Of a stretch of DNA of 64,000 bases, positions 39,558 through 52,066 are shown piece by piece. Source of the stretch: Chiloscyllium plagiosum (Eukaryota). Every line of letters begins with the position of its first letter. Positions within the stretch are counted from its first letter, which is position 1. The notes under the pieces were generated by a model. It searched no databases, was not told where the DNA came from, and saw only the letters and a program-made list of their open reading frames with translations. The stretch covers positions 16,363,718-16,427,717 of the forward strand of contig NC_057723.1 in assembly GCF_004010195.1 (NCBI RefSeq). Direction: 5' to 3'. A program made the position numbers and the translations under genes.

Positions 39558-41410
39558 TTTTGGAGAAGATTTTGTAGCTCAGGTTGTGAATCAGGTTGTA
39601 AGATTGCTCACTGAGCTGGTAGGTTTGTTCTCAGATGTATCATCACCATGCTCGGTAACATCATCAGTGAGCCTCCGATGAAGTGCTGGTGTTCTGTTCC
39701 GCTTGCTATTCGTATGTCATGGTCTGTTGTGGTGGGTGATATTACATCCGATTCTGTTTCTGACAGGTTGGTAAATGGGGTCCAAATCGATGTGTTTGTT
39801 AATGAAGTTCCGGTTTGAATGCCAGGCCTCTAGAATTCCCGTATGTGTCTTTGTTTAGCCTGTTCCAGGATGGATGTATTGTCCCAGCCGAACTGATGTC
39901 CCTTTTCCTCTGTGTATATGGATACCAGCAATAGTTGGTCAAGTCTTTTGGTGGCTGGTTGGTACTCATGTATCCTGCTGGCTAATTTCCTGCCCATCTG
40001 TCCAATGTAATTTTTGTTGCAGTCCTTGCAGCGTATTTTGTTTCACGATTTTCATTCTGCTGGTTGTTGGTATGGGGTCCTTCAAATTCATCAGGAAGTG
40101 TTTCAGTGTGATGGTAGGTTTGTGGGCTACCATGAGGCCTAGGGGCCAGAGTAGTCTGGTCATCATCTCTGAACTGTCTTTAATGTGTGGCAGGGTGGCT
40201 AGAGTCTTTGGGGGTGCTGTGTCTTCCTGTTTAGGTCTGTTGTTTAGGAATTGATGGACTGCGCTTATCGGATACCCATTGTTCCTGAAAATGTTGCACA
40301 GGTATTTTTCTTCAGCTTCTCTTAGTTCTTCAGTGCTGCAGTGTGTTGTGGCTCATTTAATTAATGTCCTGATGCAACTCCGTTTGTGGGTGTTGGGATG
40401 ATTGCTCCTGTAGTTGAGTATCTGGTCAGTGTGTGTGGCTTTCCTGTTAACGCTGGTCTGTAGCTCTCTATTGGCTTTGCATTCGACCGTGACATCAGGA
40501 AGGGGAGTCTGTTGTTGCTCTCTTCCTCTTTGGTGAACTTTATGCCAGTAAAGATGTTGTTGAAGTGTTTGTGGATTTCTTCTAATTTGTTGTGTTTCGT
40601 GATGCCAAAGGTGTGATCTACATATCGGACCCAAAGCTCAGGCTGGATTGTGGGAAGGACTGTTCATTTTAACCTCTGTGTCACTGCTTCTACTATAAGT
40701 CCTGATATTAGTGATCCCATAGGTCATTGAAGGTGAAGTGTGTTGTGAGGCACAGGTCTACTAGTTTGAGGATGCTGTCCTTGCTGATGGAGTTGGTGCT
40801 GTCAGGTGTTTGTGTCCTTGGCTCATCTAGCAGTGTGGCCAGAGTTTCTTTGGCTCGGGTGATGTTTATTGATGTGAATAGGACTGTCACGTCGAAGGAA
40901 ACCATCATTTTTGAGAAGATTTGTAGCTCAGGTTGTAAATTTGCTCGCTGAGCTGTTAGGTTTGTTTTCAGATGTTTTGTCACCATGCTAGGTGACATCT
41001 TCAGTGAGCCTCCAGTGAAGCACTGGTGTTCTGTTCCACTTTCTATCCATGTGTTTTTGTCTGTTAAGGTGGAGAATATAATTTCCGGTTCTTTTACTTA
41101 GGGGTTGGTAATGCGGTCCAAATCGATGTATTTATTGACGGAGTTCCAGTTTGAATGTCAGGCCTTTAGGAATTCCCGTGCCTGTCTCTGTTTAACCTGT
41201 CCCAAGATGGATGTGTTGTCCCAGTCTAGGTGGTGTCCTTCTTCATCTGTAGTGAGTGGTTCATGCCTTTTGGTGGCTAGTTGGTGCTGGTGTATCCTGG
41301 TGGCTAGTTTTCTGCCTCTCTGTCTGAAGTAGTGTCTGTTGCAATCCTTGCAGGGTATTTTTTAAATGTCATTCATTTTGCTGGTTACTGGTACAAGGTC
41401 ATGCTGACAA
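39558..41410 (-). mobile_element. Penelope-like retroelement, partial tandem structure (RT and GIY-YIG remnants, two terminal repeats)
   Basis: MVSFDVTVLFTSI...ILKLVDLCLTTHFTFN, RKATHTDQILNYRSNHPNTHKRSCIRTL; about 39558-40080 is repeated at about 40908-41410, both ending tacaaa(a)tcttctc(c)aaaa and each with a decayed hammerhead. Confidence 0.9.
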
Positions 41411-41842
41411 CATGAAATAATTCTCTTATGCGAACATTATAATCTCAATGGATTCTATGTTTTTGAGCTCTGCTATGAGTCTAAGGAGAGCTGTGAAACT
41501 TTCTAACGGTTGTGCTTTGATCAGTTGTTCACTATCTCGTATTTCCTTGGCCCCATGCTTCCTTGAACAGATGTATTATGACTTGCTGTTTCTTGGCTAG
41601 TTGTCCATTGACTGTAACTAGTTTAACTTCTTCCATAATTTGATGCAGATTAAGGTAAAGACACTTCTGCGCCAGAGTAAGAATTCCTGTTTCTAAAGTT
41701 CATATATGTTCTGTATTAACTCATATCTTGTGTAAACATTTGCTTGTAGCTTCGATCCTAAAAATGATGCCTTTGATGTAATTGCACTGTTATAGGTTGT
41801 AAATTATATTCCTTTAGCCATGTTATGCAATCCAAAAATATA

Positions 41843-42248
41843 CCATACGTACTCAAGTAATAGTCGAATATTTTTGACTACTTTTTAAGGTTAAATTTAT
41901 GGGGATGGATTATCTGAACACTACTTTTGAGTGGCTAAACTTAATGCCATCAAAATTCATACCATCATTAGCAGAAACCCAATTGATCTCTAAACGAATA
42001 AACAGAAAAAACACAATGAATTACAGTAATTCAGAAAACCTGAAGCAAAGTGCAACAACTGGCAGACTGGAAGACTCAGAGCAGGGTGACCGGCAGATTG
42101 GAAACCTGGACCGGGGTGCAGCGACGGGCACACTGACTCATAAATGTTGATCCTTAGTCTGTGAAGAACTAGGGTCGACTTTTATATGAGATTTATGGAT
42201 GGATTCCAGATTTTTAAATAAAATCGACTATAACTCAAGTATATAGTG
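41843..42248. mobile_element. Non-autonomous Tc1/mariner (pogo/Tc2-like) element
   Basis: TA flanks at 41841-41842 and 42249-42250; decayed TIRs ccatacgtactcaagtaatagtcga / tcgactataactcaagtatatagtg. Confidence 0.7.
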
Positions 42249-42767
42249 TAATAATGTCAGGATAAAAATTAATAAGATGCTGATTGACATAAATATCTTC
42301 TTGACAAAGTATTTTACTTGGATCACTTTTTTGTCCTGGAAATAACTTTGACTCTTCATCTTTGATCACAGAATTACAGAATTGTTGCAGTGCAGTGGAG
42401 GCCATTTCCCCCATCATGCCTGCTTTGGTTCTCTGACCTAGTATCAATTCCTGCTTTTTCCACATATCCCTGCACACGTATTTCTATCTAATGCCCTCTT
42501 GACTGTATTAGTTGAGTCCATCTCCACCACATTTTCAGGCAGTACATTCCATACTCTAACTATTTGCAGTGTGAAAATATCTTTTTTCTAATATAACTTT
42601 TGCTTCATTTGTGCATCACTTTGAATCTTTTGTTCTTTATTCTAAAAGGTAATCTAAAGCCCAATCTTCTTCAACCATAACTCACACTCAGAAACAGTTA
42701 ATGGGTTAACTAAAAAGAAATTAAAAGAATTGCAATTTGCCTTTTTAATAAACAGCTTCAAACAATG

Positions 42768-42975
42768 GATCAAGAGTGTGTTGCTGGGAAAGCACAGCAG
42801 GTCAGGCAGCATCCAAAGAGCAGGAGAATCGACATTTCGGGCATAACTTCTTCATTAGGAATAAAAGGCTTATGCCTGAAACGTCGATTCTCCTGCTCCT
42901 CAAATGCTGTCTAACCTGCTATGATTTCTGAGCAACACACTCTCGACTCTGATCTGCAGTCCTCATTTTCTCCCT
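42768..42975. mobile_element. PLE-end fold-back insertion with TSD
   Basis: Inverted arms around about 42860; cttcaaacaatggat present on both sides (about 42756-42770 and 42974-42988). Confidence 0.8.
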
Positions 42976-43630
42976 TCAAACAATGGATGCCAGGTCCTCA
43001 TGAAACCCTTGGACGTGTGTTGTTCACAGGTGAGTAGAACTGCATATCTTCCCTGAATTCTGAAGTCACCAGTTAATGCAGACAGTTTTAGGAGACTTCT
43101 AAACATGTTTACTTATTTATAAAGACTGGCATACTTTACTCAGAACATTCAACAATTTGATAACATGAGAGAAAACTTATAAACAGACACAAAACACAAC
43201 GGCAGTTTCTGGAAACTCCCAAAAATTACACCCTTGTCAAAAGGGCAAGTCAGGACCGGTTTTTCCTCTTTCCAATCAACATTCTCTGTGATTGGCTGTT
43301 TAGTACCGGTCATCCCTTGAATTTAACATCCAACCAGCTGCCAGCCTGGAGAATAGCAACCACATGATTCATCTGCAATATCCTTAGATCAATAATTATG
43401 TTAGTTCCCCGACCAGTTCCCTACAGCAAACATTGGTCTTTGTTCTCTTCTCTTCTAAAACCAGTTGCTTTTCAAAGTTCAATTCTTAACTTCAACTCAC
43501 AGTTCCAAACTAAAACAACAAGGAAAATAGTAAGGATCTCTACATGGGTCACTGATACTGATCATCTATTCTGCTTCTGGTCTTTTGTTTCACTCTCACT
43601 GTCTGAATGGCTTTCTCCAAAGTCAAAGGT

Positions 43631-43943
43631 GGGTGGCACGGTGGCACAATGGCACAGTGGTTAGCACTGCTGCCTCACAGCGCCAGAGACCCGGGTTCAA
43701 TTCCCGCCTCGCGTGGAGTTTGCACGTTCTCCCTGTGTCTGCGTGGGTTTCCTCTGGGTGCTCTGGTTTCCTCCCACAGTCCAAAGATGTGCAGGTCAGG
43801 TGAATTGGCCATGCTAAATTGTCCGTAGTGTTAGGTAAGGGGTAAATGTAGGGGTATGCATGGGTTGCGCTTTGGCGGGGCGGTGTGGACTTGTTGGGCC
43901 AAAGGTCCTGTTTCCACACTGTAAGTAATCTAATCTAATCTAA
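43631..43943 (+). mobile_element. HE1 V-SINE
   Basis: A box tggcacagtgg, B box ggttcaattcc, V-domain, (TCTAA)n tail. Confidence 0.93.
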
Positions 43944-43959
43944 AAATCTTCTTTGAATT

Positions 43960-44650
43960 TCTTTTATTATTCACAGGGATGTGGGCATCGCTGGCTTGCC
44001 AGCTTTTCTGCAGTGCATTTTATTGATGGTACACAGTGCTGCTACTGATACGTCTGGATGTGGTGCCAAACAAGTGGGTTTCTTATCCTGGATGGTGTTA
44101 AGCTTGCTGAATGTTGTTAAAGTTGCATTCATCCAGGCAAGTGGGAATATTCCCCCATACTCCTTACTTATGCTTTGTAGTCATTGGACAGGCTTCGAGA
44201 ATCAGGAGGTAAGTTATTCACTGCAGAATTACAAGCCTCTGCCCTGCTCTTGTAGCCATTGTGTTTATGTGGCAAGTCCAATTGAGTTTCAGGGTCGAGA
44301 GTGTGGTGCTGGAAAAGCACAGCAGGTCAAGCAATATTTGATGAGCAGGAGAATCGATGTTTCTGGTATAAGCTCTTTATCAGGATGCAAACTCCCAAGA
44401 TGTTAATAGTTGGGGGATTCAGTGATGATAACACCATTGAATGTCATAAACCAGTGGTTAGAATGGTCATTGCATGGCATATGTGTGGCGCAAATGTTAC
44501 TTGCCAATTGTCGGCCCAAGCCTGGATATTGTCCCGATCTTGTGGAATTTGATCATGGACTGTTTCATTATCTGAGGAGATGGGAATGATGCCAAACACT
44601 GTGTAATGATTCGTGAACATCCTCACTTCTAACCTTAGATGGAGGGAGAA
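43960..44650 (-). mobile_element. Second CR1-clade family 3' region, with PLE-end insert at about 44295-44385
   Basis: VRMFTNHYTVF...DRDNIQAWADNWQVTFAPHIC RT C-terminal motif. Confidence 0.7.
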
Positions 44651-45552
44651 GAATTGTAGCAAATCTGATTCATCAATAATTCCAGCAACCATACTGTTCG
44701 TTATGAATTTGGAATTCAAAGCTCCACTATCAATTTTTTTGCTCTCACCTGTGGCAAAAACTAACTAAATTATCTATACATTTCCAAGGATGCTCACTGT
44801 CTCAAGAATATTATTTGCTCTAAGGCTACAGTATATGTCAAAAGCTTGTAGAATGTTATTAAATGTATCTATTGCTTCCTTGTTCTGCTTTGCCCACGTC
44901 TGAAATTAATCTTCCCAAGCAATATTATTTCTGCTGCTGTGGCTTCCTAATTTGATTATTTATTTTCTTATCTTTAAAGGCTTCTAATCCTACTGTATTT
45001 CAGTGGTGCTTTATTCCCAATTCTTTGAAAGATTCCAATCTGCAGTGTAAAAATGCTGCTACCGTGCATTGATATATTGCAGATTTTCCCATCATTATGT
45101 GGTCCAAATTCATGGTTCCTGCCTTTTGAAATAAAATGGCAAATACCTACCTTCTGTGAATATAATGGAGGATTCCACCTGTTTCCAAATACAGTTGATG
45201 ATTTGTGCCTTTTTTTACAGTTTAATACATGATTCCCATTTTCTCTAATGGCTTTACTGAATAGGTCCCACTGGCAGAAATCTTAAAGACAATGCTGTTC
45301 CCTCAAAAGCTTTTTCAATGAATCCTGCTGCCTGTAACTTGAAAGATAATTCCTTTCTCTTAACAGCTTGACTGACTGAATCCACTCTTCACTGATCTGT
45401 AAGTTGAATCCTGTACTCTTTCCCCAGATGATTCACACTGTCTGTAGTGCTTTAGTTATCCTCATCGCCTTTGAAGTTTATTTTTTTCTCCAGTCAGTTG
45501 TTTTAATAAATGTTGCCTGCCTTTTACTGAGTCAAAAATCTGAGTTAAAAAT

Positions 45553-45818
45553 TCTTCATCAGGTGGTTGTATGAAGGAGCAGTGCTTCGAAAGCTTGTGC
45601 CTCCAAATAAACCTGTTGGACTATAACCTGGTATTGTGTGATTTTTAACTTTGTCCACCCCAGTCCAACACCAGCTCCTCCACATTTTGCTGTGATTGAA
45701 ATTCTGTGTTAGGATTGAGCCCTCCACTATCACCTGATGAAGGAGCGTCGCTCCGAAAGCTAGTGTGCTTCCAATTAAACCTGTTGGGCTATAACCTGGT
45801 GTTGTGTGATTTTTAACT
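45553..45818 (+). mobile_element. Two tandem PLE termini (same family as 31221-31434)
   Basis: aaacctgttggactataacctggt.ttgtgtgatttttaact occurs twice, each time preceded by a hammerhead motif. Confidence 0.85.
45731..45765 (+). ncRNA. Minimal hammerhead ribozyme motif
   Basis: cac-CTGATGA-A-GGAGC-gtc-GCTCC-GAA-AGCT-A-gtg, intact. Confidence 0.8.
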
Positions 45819-45819
45819 A

Positions 45820-46280
45820 GCTACAGAGGGAGTGTCTTATGATGAGAGGTTGAATAGGTTTGGTCTATACTTGTTGCAATTTAGTAGAATGATGATGACC
45901 TTAGTGAAACATCCAGCTCTTAGGGGACTTGATAGATTAGATGCAGGAAAGTTATTTTTCTGTGTAGAAGAGTCTACAACCAGAGAATATAATCTCAGAA
46001 GAAGAAGTTGCATATTGAAGACAAAGATGATGAGGAATTTCTCTCTTAGAGGGTACTGAATCTATGAAATTTTTTACCTCAAAGGGCTGTCAAAGCTGTG
46101 CTGTTAAGAATGTTTCAGGCTGAGATTGGCAGATTTTTAATTGGTAAGGGAATCAAGAGTTATGGTGAAAAGATAGGAAAGTAGAGTTGAGGATTATTAG
46201 CTCAACCATAACCTCATTGAATAGTGGGGCAGACCCAACTGATTGATTGGCTATTTTCTGCTCTAATTTTTTATGGTCCT
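45820..46280 (+). mobile_element. Old CR1 3' end
   Basis: SYDERLNRFGLYLLQFSRM...RGLDRLDAGKLF. Confidence 0.8.
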
Positions 46281-49200
46281 GAGGAAAACCACTTGGTAGC
46301 TTGACGAGAAGAGGCTCTTGTCTGAAGCAACATGTAGTTTATTGGAGGACAGCGATCAAGTTCAAGATGGGTATGCTAGACGTTGTTACTGAACTACACG
46401 GTATATCTAGATGGCAGGATTATCACCCTCAAGATCCAGAGCTGTTTTCCCGCCGAAGTCCGCATATGACATTGCCATATTGGCTAGTACTTCATTCATT
46501 TGTATTGACCATTTCAGATCCTAACACTTTGTACAACACTTCCTTCTAAAATAACTTGCCTCGTCTCTGTTTATTCACTATTCCCTCAGCCTGCCAACCT
46601 AGCTTTATCTTTCCAGCTTTGCAATTCTCCCCCTGCAAACGGTGACTTGTCTCAATGTCCATAGGCAGTGACTATCTCCATTGGGAGTGCAGTCCCAGCA
46701 GTAGACACTGTTCCTGATGGTGCTGCTGGGAATAGAGAGCTGCCAACCAATTTTATCCACTGGCATCTCTTGAAGACAGGACTTGCTTTGAGATGGGGAC
46801 AGTAGACCTTATTTAAGCAATCTGCTGACCATTACATTGTTGCACAAGAACTTGCTGGAGCAGGGTACTTCCACCCCTGGCATTAAAAATGCAGGTGTTT
46901 TATGGAATGCGAGATATCGGTTTCCTACCATTCCCTGGAAAGTGTTCCAATTTTAATGAAGTCTTGGTCTATCACAGAGAGTTAATTTTCATCAAAGGTT
47001 TGAGAGCTTTGACTAACATTTGTATGGGAAACTGCACCTGTCATAGTCAGGTTGCCTGTTGTTAGCAGTAACAGTCTTTCCATATCTTTCTCGTTTCCCA
47101 ATCACAATTAAGAAGTAAGACTTCCCTCTAACAACGCTGAACGTTTATATACCAGATGCAATTCGCCCTAGATATCGAACTAACAGTTGCTCTCTTCCCC
47201 TGTGGGTTTCTGCTTGATCAGTACCACCAAGGCAATTGTCCACACCTGTCTCTCCTGAGTCAGCATGCTCCCTTTATAGAAGGCTTTCCCTTCTCAATAG
47301 TCAAACTGCCTTCTTCATTGGAGTTGCTGTGCTATCAGGCAATGTTTCCACAGTGACAACTGCAGGGTTATTTATATTCTACCGAGGAATTTTTCATAAG
47401 TAAATTGTGTCTATGGCAAGGTCTTTTTATATTCATGAATGAAGAGCCATTGCAGATGATACCAGCAGAGGGAACTCTTCAGCTAATCTCAGAGTGTTTT
47501 TTTCACAGGAGCAGTGATATTGTTAGTGGCCCCGACTGGGTGTGGTAAGAGATGAATAACGATGGAAGAGGCTGTCTTGTGCATCCAATATCTTTGGCTT
47601 CTTAAGGCTTAGAATAAGTATGACAATATGCAGAGAATTTCCAGCAGTAATGAAGTGGTTAATATTGTCTTGTAATCGGATCGGTGGTGCAGTTTCTGTT
47701 CTGGATCTGGGTGGCGTGATCTCACGACTGGATATCTAACTGGACTGAGGTTATTTGGCAAGAAGCCCACTAACAGCAGAATGAGAATCTTTCCTCGTGT
47801 TCTAATTTGTTTGAACATTAATGTGATGCACTTACATTGACAAGGAAATTGGACATTTAAATTGCTGTTGTACCTTGCTACTGCATGAATGGGAAAGAAA
47901 TCGAGGTGCAAAGGCAGTCGAGGGAAACAGCTTTGCAGTAATTTTTGAAGCTTTTGCACAGGTGTCAGAATACTGTTGGCAGCTCTGAGCTGACCCTGAC
48001 TTTGGAGCAAGAATATGTTAGTATGATTTTCATGAAACACATCCTTTGGAATGGAGAATGATCCATCTTTACTTCTCTCAGGATTCACCTCTTATATCTA
48101 CTTCAAGTGACAGGTCAGTACCGATTCAAAATGTCTATTGTTAAAAATTCGGAAATCTCTTGTCTGTGTTGGCAAATCCAATGCACTGCAGCCGGGATTG
48201 CATCTATAATGAGGAAATTGGAGGTTTCTGAAATAATTTGTCGAATTCATTGACCTATAGTGAACGAGTAACAGGTGGAATGTTACTAAAGGCAGACAGT
48301 TCAAATCTCTAGTGTGCAAAAGAAAATGCATTGAAAATACATGAATGAGATTTTATTATTTCTTTGCACTATACTGTATGAACAGTGTTATTTCCATCTT
48401 CTGTGATGTGCTGTGATAAGATACTCAACCTTTGATTTTCCTTCGAATGTAAAATAACGAAGTGGAAAGCAAGTATTTCCCAGGGGGAGGGGAGGAAAAT
48501 GAGACTTTCCTTTTGATACAGTTATAGCATCTGGATTAAGGTTACTAATTCCAGTACAGTTATAAAATAGAGCAAATGGCTTCATTTCATTGTCAAAATT
48601 GATTAACTAAAACAAAGATGAGGGCATCTAAATTGGAATGTATTTGTGTCAGATATTTCCTACCTTTATTGTGGTGTAGTCTTTAAGCTTCATCAAGGTC
48701 AGAGATGCAAATGCTGGAGCAGTGAACATTTTTCACTTTTTCCTTGCACCTCTCATACACTAAGGGCTATAATTCTGCTGCCATTTATAACAGAGTCTGC
48801 CAGCTCCAAACAACGATACTTACATTGTCAGGTTATACTGACTGCATGTTCTGAATGCCACAACTGTCTGTAATGCTGGGAGCAATAATCTCTAAGGAAA
48901 CCACAAATACAGAGCAATGAAAATCAGAACACCACCTATCATTTATGAGGAGCAGCTAATTGTTTGGTTTCCACTTTCAAAGAGAGACAAATTTCAGTTA
49001 GTCTAGTCAGTATAGTTCACTATGGCAAGTATGTTGTATCGTTCCAAGGTAGATTAAGTTGATATATAAATGTAAATGGGTTAAAGTATTATGTTATGAC
49101 ATGAAGTAGTTTCTGGGAAGCCGTATTGTCATTGCAGGTTAAAGTAGAATTGACACAACTTTAATTCAGAATATATGTAGACATCACTGCTTCCAGCACA

Positions 49201-50014
49201 TTGATGACTAAGACAATACGTACAGTTTTAAACATTCTCCAGACCATGATTACCTACATAGGGGTTCAATGGTAAAGCTAACCAAGCTTTATTTTTCTCC
49301 AAACTTAAATTCAGAAAAAACTTGAGGTAAAATTTTACATTTCCGTATTGAGTTTTGCTTATTACCTCTCAGTGTGTGATTAGTGGCAACTGCTGTTAGA
49401 TTTAGGGCATTTTTGTGCATTGGATTTAATTCAGTTGAGACTGACATACACATGCTCATGCATATCAAACACAAAAGCCTCACCTGTGTCACAGAGAGGA
49501 GACATTCCTCCACCTGTCAACTTGGTCCCTTAGGCCTTGGGGTAAACTTTTAAATTCTAAGCTGGCCAACTCTCTTTATAATCAATGACAACATAAGTCA
49601 TTAATCTTTTAGATGGAAATTCTCACGAGATATAAACATTGGAATATAACAGCTGTTGGAATTTCATTATCATTAGAACGGTTATAGAAACAGATGTAAC
49701 CTGTTCAAGAGAATTGATTGTAAGTGTAAGAATGTGTCACATTAGTAAACTGAACCATGGGCATTGATTATAGATGGTAATTTTTGCCTCCTGTCCCACT
49801 TATTAAAGATGCCAATGTGGAAATGAGCCATATAAACCAGAAGGTCCAAGTTTCAATTACCAGTTTATGTTGGAGTTAATGTCACCTGGAAAATCACTTC
49901 ATGCACTCAACCCCTGTCCTCCTGCACAGTCAAAGAAAGATGACCACCTAGAATTCCCATTCCTGGTTTATATCCACTGCACAGGGCAAAAATGAGGAAA
50001 ACTGAGTCTAGACT

Positions 50015-50205
50015 AGAGTTTCTGGAAAAGCACAGCAGGTCAGGCAGCATCTGAGGAGCAGGAAGATCGATGTTTCGGGCAAAAGCCCTTCATCAAGAAT
50101 CTTCCTGGTGAAGGGCTTTTACCCGAAATGTCGATTTTTTTTTTTTTCTTTTTTTTTATCCTGTTCCTCAGATGCTGCCAGACCTGCTGTGCTTTTCCAG
50201 CACCA
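50015..50205. mobile_element. PLE-end fold-back with decayed hammerheads and poly-T expansion
   Basis: ctggaaaagcacagcaggtc...gcccttcatcaagaa / ttcctggtgaagggcttttacccgaaatgtcga...gacctgctgtgcttttccag. Confidence 0.8.
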
Positions 50206-50429
50206 CTTACATCCACTGCATCCCATTGGAAAGGAAAATGGCTACTTGGGTTGAGTGCTAGATGGTTGCTCACCCTATTACAAATAAAATGAAGATTTCT
50301 CATGCTTCATACATAGTGCAAATTCTGGAGGTGAATAATTTCCCAATAATGTTCTCTGGGCTTCAGAGCTCCCTCTTGGAAGCAGAATTATGGGAAATTC
50401 AGTATCTCAGCCTTCAATGTTTAAGAGAC

Positions 50430-51275
50430 CAACCTCTTTCATGTGGTGCTGGATTAAGTCATCAATCTGTTTGAGCCATGCAATAAGATTAGTGCTGATC
50501 TATTTGTGGCCTTAACTCCAATTTTCTGTGAGCACGTTTGACTACCTTTCAGATCAAAATCTAACATAACCTTGAATATATTCAATGGCCTCCACTACTT
50601 GTTATGGAAGAGAATCCTAAAAACTAATAACTAATACTCCTCCTCCATTTGGAAAATGTTTTATTCTGAAGCTAGTTCTAGATGCATTTGGAAGAGGAAA
50701 CATTCTCTCAGCATCTACTCAAGTCCCCTCAGAATCTGTTTCAATAAGATCACCTTCCATTCTTTAGCACTTCAGTAAATATATGTATTAATAGCTCAAC
50801 TTTCCTCTTAACAGCTCCTTCATTCCAGGAATCAACCTGGAGAATTTTCTCTGAACTTCCTCCAATGAAAGTATGTCCTTCCTCAAATCAGGAGATTAAA
50901 CCTGTGTGTAGTACTTTACTATAAGTATGATCTTATCAATATCCTGTACAGTTGCAGCAAGATCTTTCTGTCTTCATCCCTTTGCAATAAAGGCCTGTAT
51001 TCCATTTGCCTTTTGAAATCTTTGCTCTGTTTGCTGCTGAACCTTTTGTGATTCAAGTACAAGAACATCCTGACTCCTTTGTAGCATAGAATTCTGCAGT
51101 CTCTGTCAATTTAAATCATATTCTGGTTTTCTGCTCTTCCCACCAAAGTCAACAGATCCACATTTTCTCACACTTTACTTCATCTGCCTATTTATTCGTT
51201 CGAACTGTGTCACTTTGCAGACACTTTATGACTTCTTGTCAATTTGCTTTCCTGCCTAACTTTGTATCATCGGCA
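50430..51275 (-). mobile_element. Highly decayed CR1
   Basis: Antisense FADDTKLG-like segment (cctaactttgtatcatcggca) at about 51255 and CR1 3' remnants. Confidence 0.6.
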
Positions 51276-52066
51276 TTAATACTTGCTTTGATCTTTTGGA
51301 TCAAATGGGCTGTTATTGTGCTATAATTTCTGTGTAGTGTTATATCTCAGGATGAGTAAATATATTCTTTAGAGGAAGGAAATGGAAGTTATTTAGAAAG
51401 CAATTTGATGATTTATGGTATGTTAATGGTATTGTGCATTTCATGCATTACCTTATGAGAGTATTATGGTATAGTAATTTAGTTGCTGGACTAGTAATCA
51501 TTGACGTCAGCTTTCCTAATGTGGAAAAATGAAAAAAAACCTCTTCACACCACTTGAGGAATTTGAATAAGTAAATGCGAATTTTTCGAAAAATGCTACC
51601 ATTAGTTATGGTGACCAGGAAACAAATGGATTGCTGTAAAAACACATCTAGTTTGCTAATACCCTTGAAGGAAAGGTATCTGCAGATCTTATCTGTGATT
51701 GTCTACACGTGATTCCAGAGCCACAGAAATATAGTTAACATTTAAACTGCTCTGTGAAATGGCCTCGCAAATCAGCCAGTTATATTGAACCATCAAGTTT
51801 GTGGTGATTAAAGAAAATGCCTGAACATCAGGTTCTCAATAGGCCTGAGGGATGAGCAATAAATAAAGTGAATCAATAATAAAAAAGCTCAGGCACAGGA
51901 AAGAAATGAGTTTTATGAACTATAAAACTCAGTTTCAAATAATAATATGAACAGATTCATAGCAAATGATCAATATCATTTTAATGCTTGAGAAATGAAT
52001 TGGACCTTTGCTTTGTTTGATTTTCAGAGTGATCGTATTTTGATGACATGGTATTGTGGAAGTAGA

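Noticed and set aside
43631-43705. HE1 SINE heads as tRNA genes
   Set aside because: A and B boxes are present but run straight into the V-domain and LINE-derived tail; they are SINEs.
47609-48088. 159-aa minus-strand ORF in the repeat-poor block
   Set aside because: Non-ATG start, no recognisable domain and no clear splice context; probably chance.
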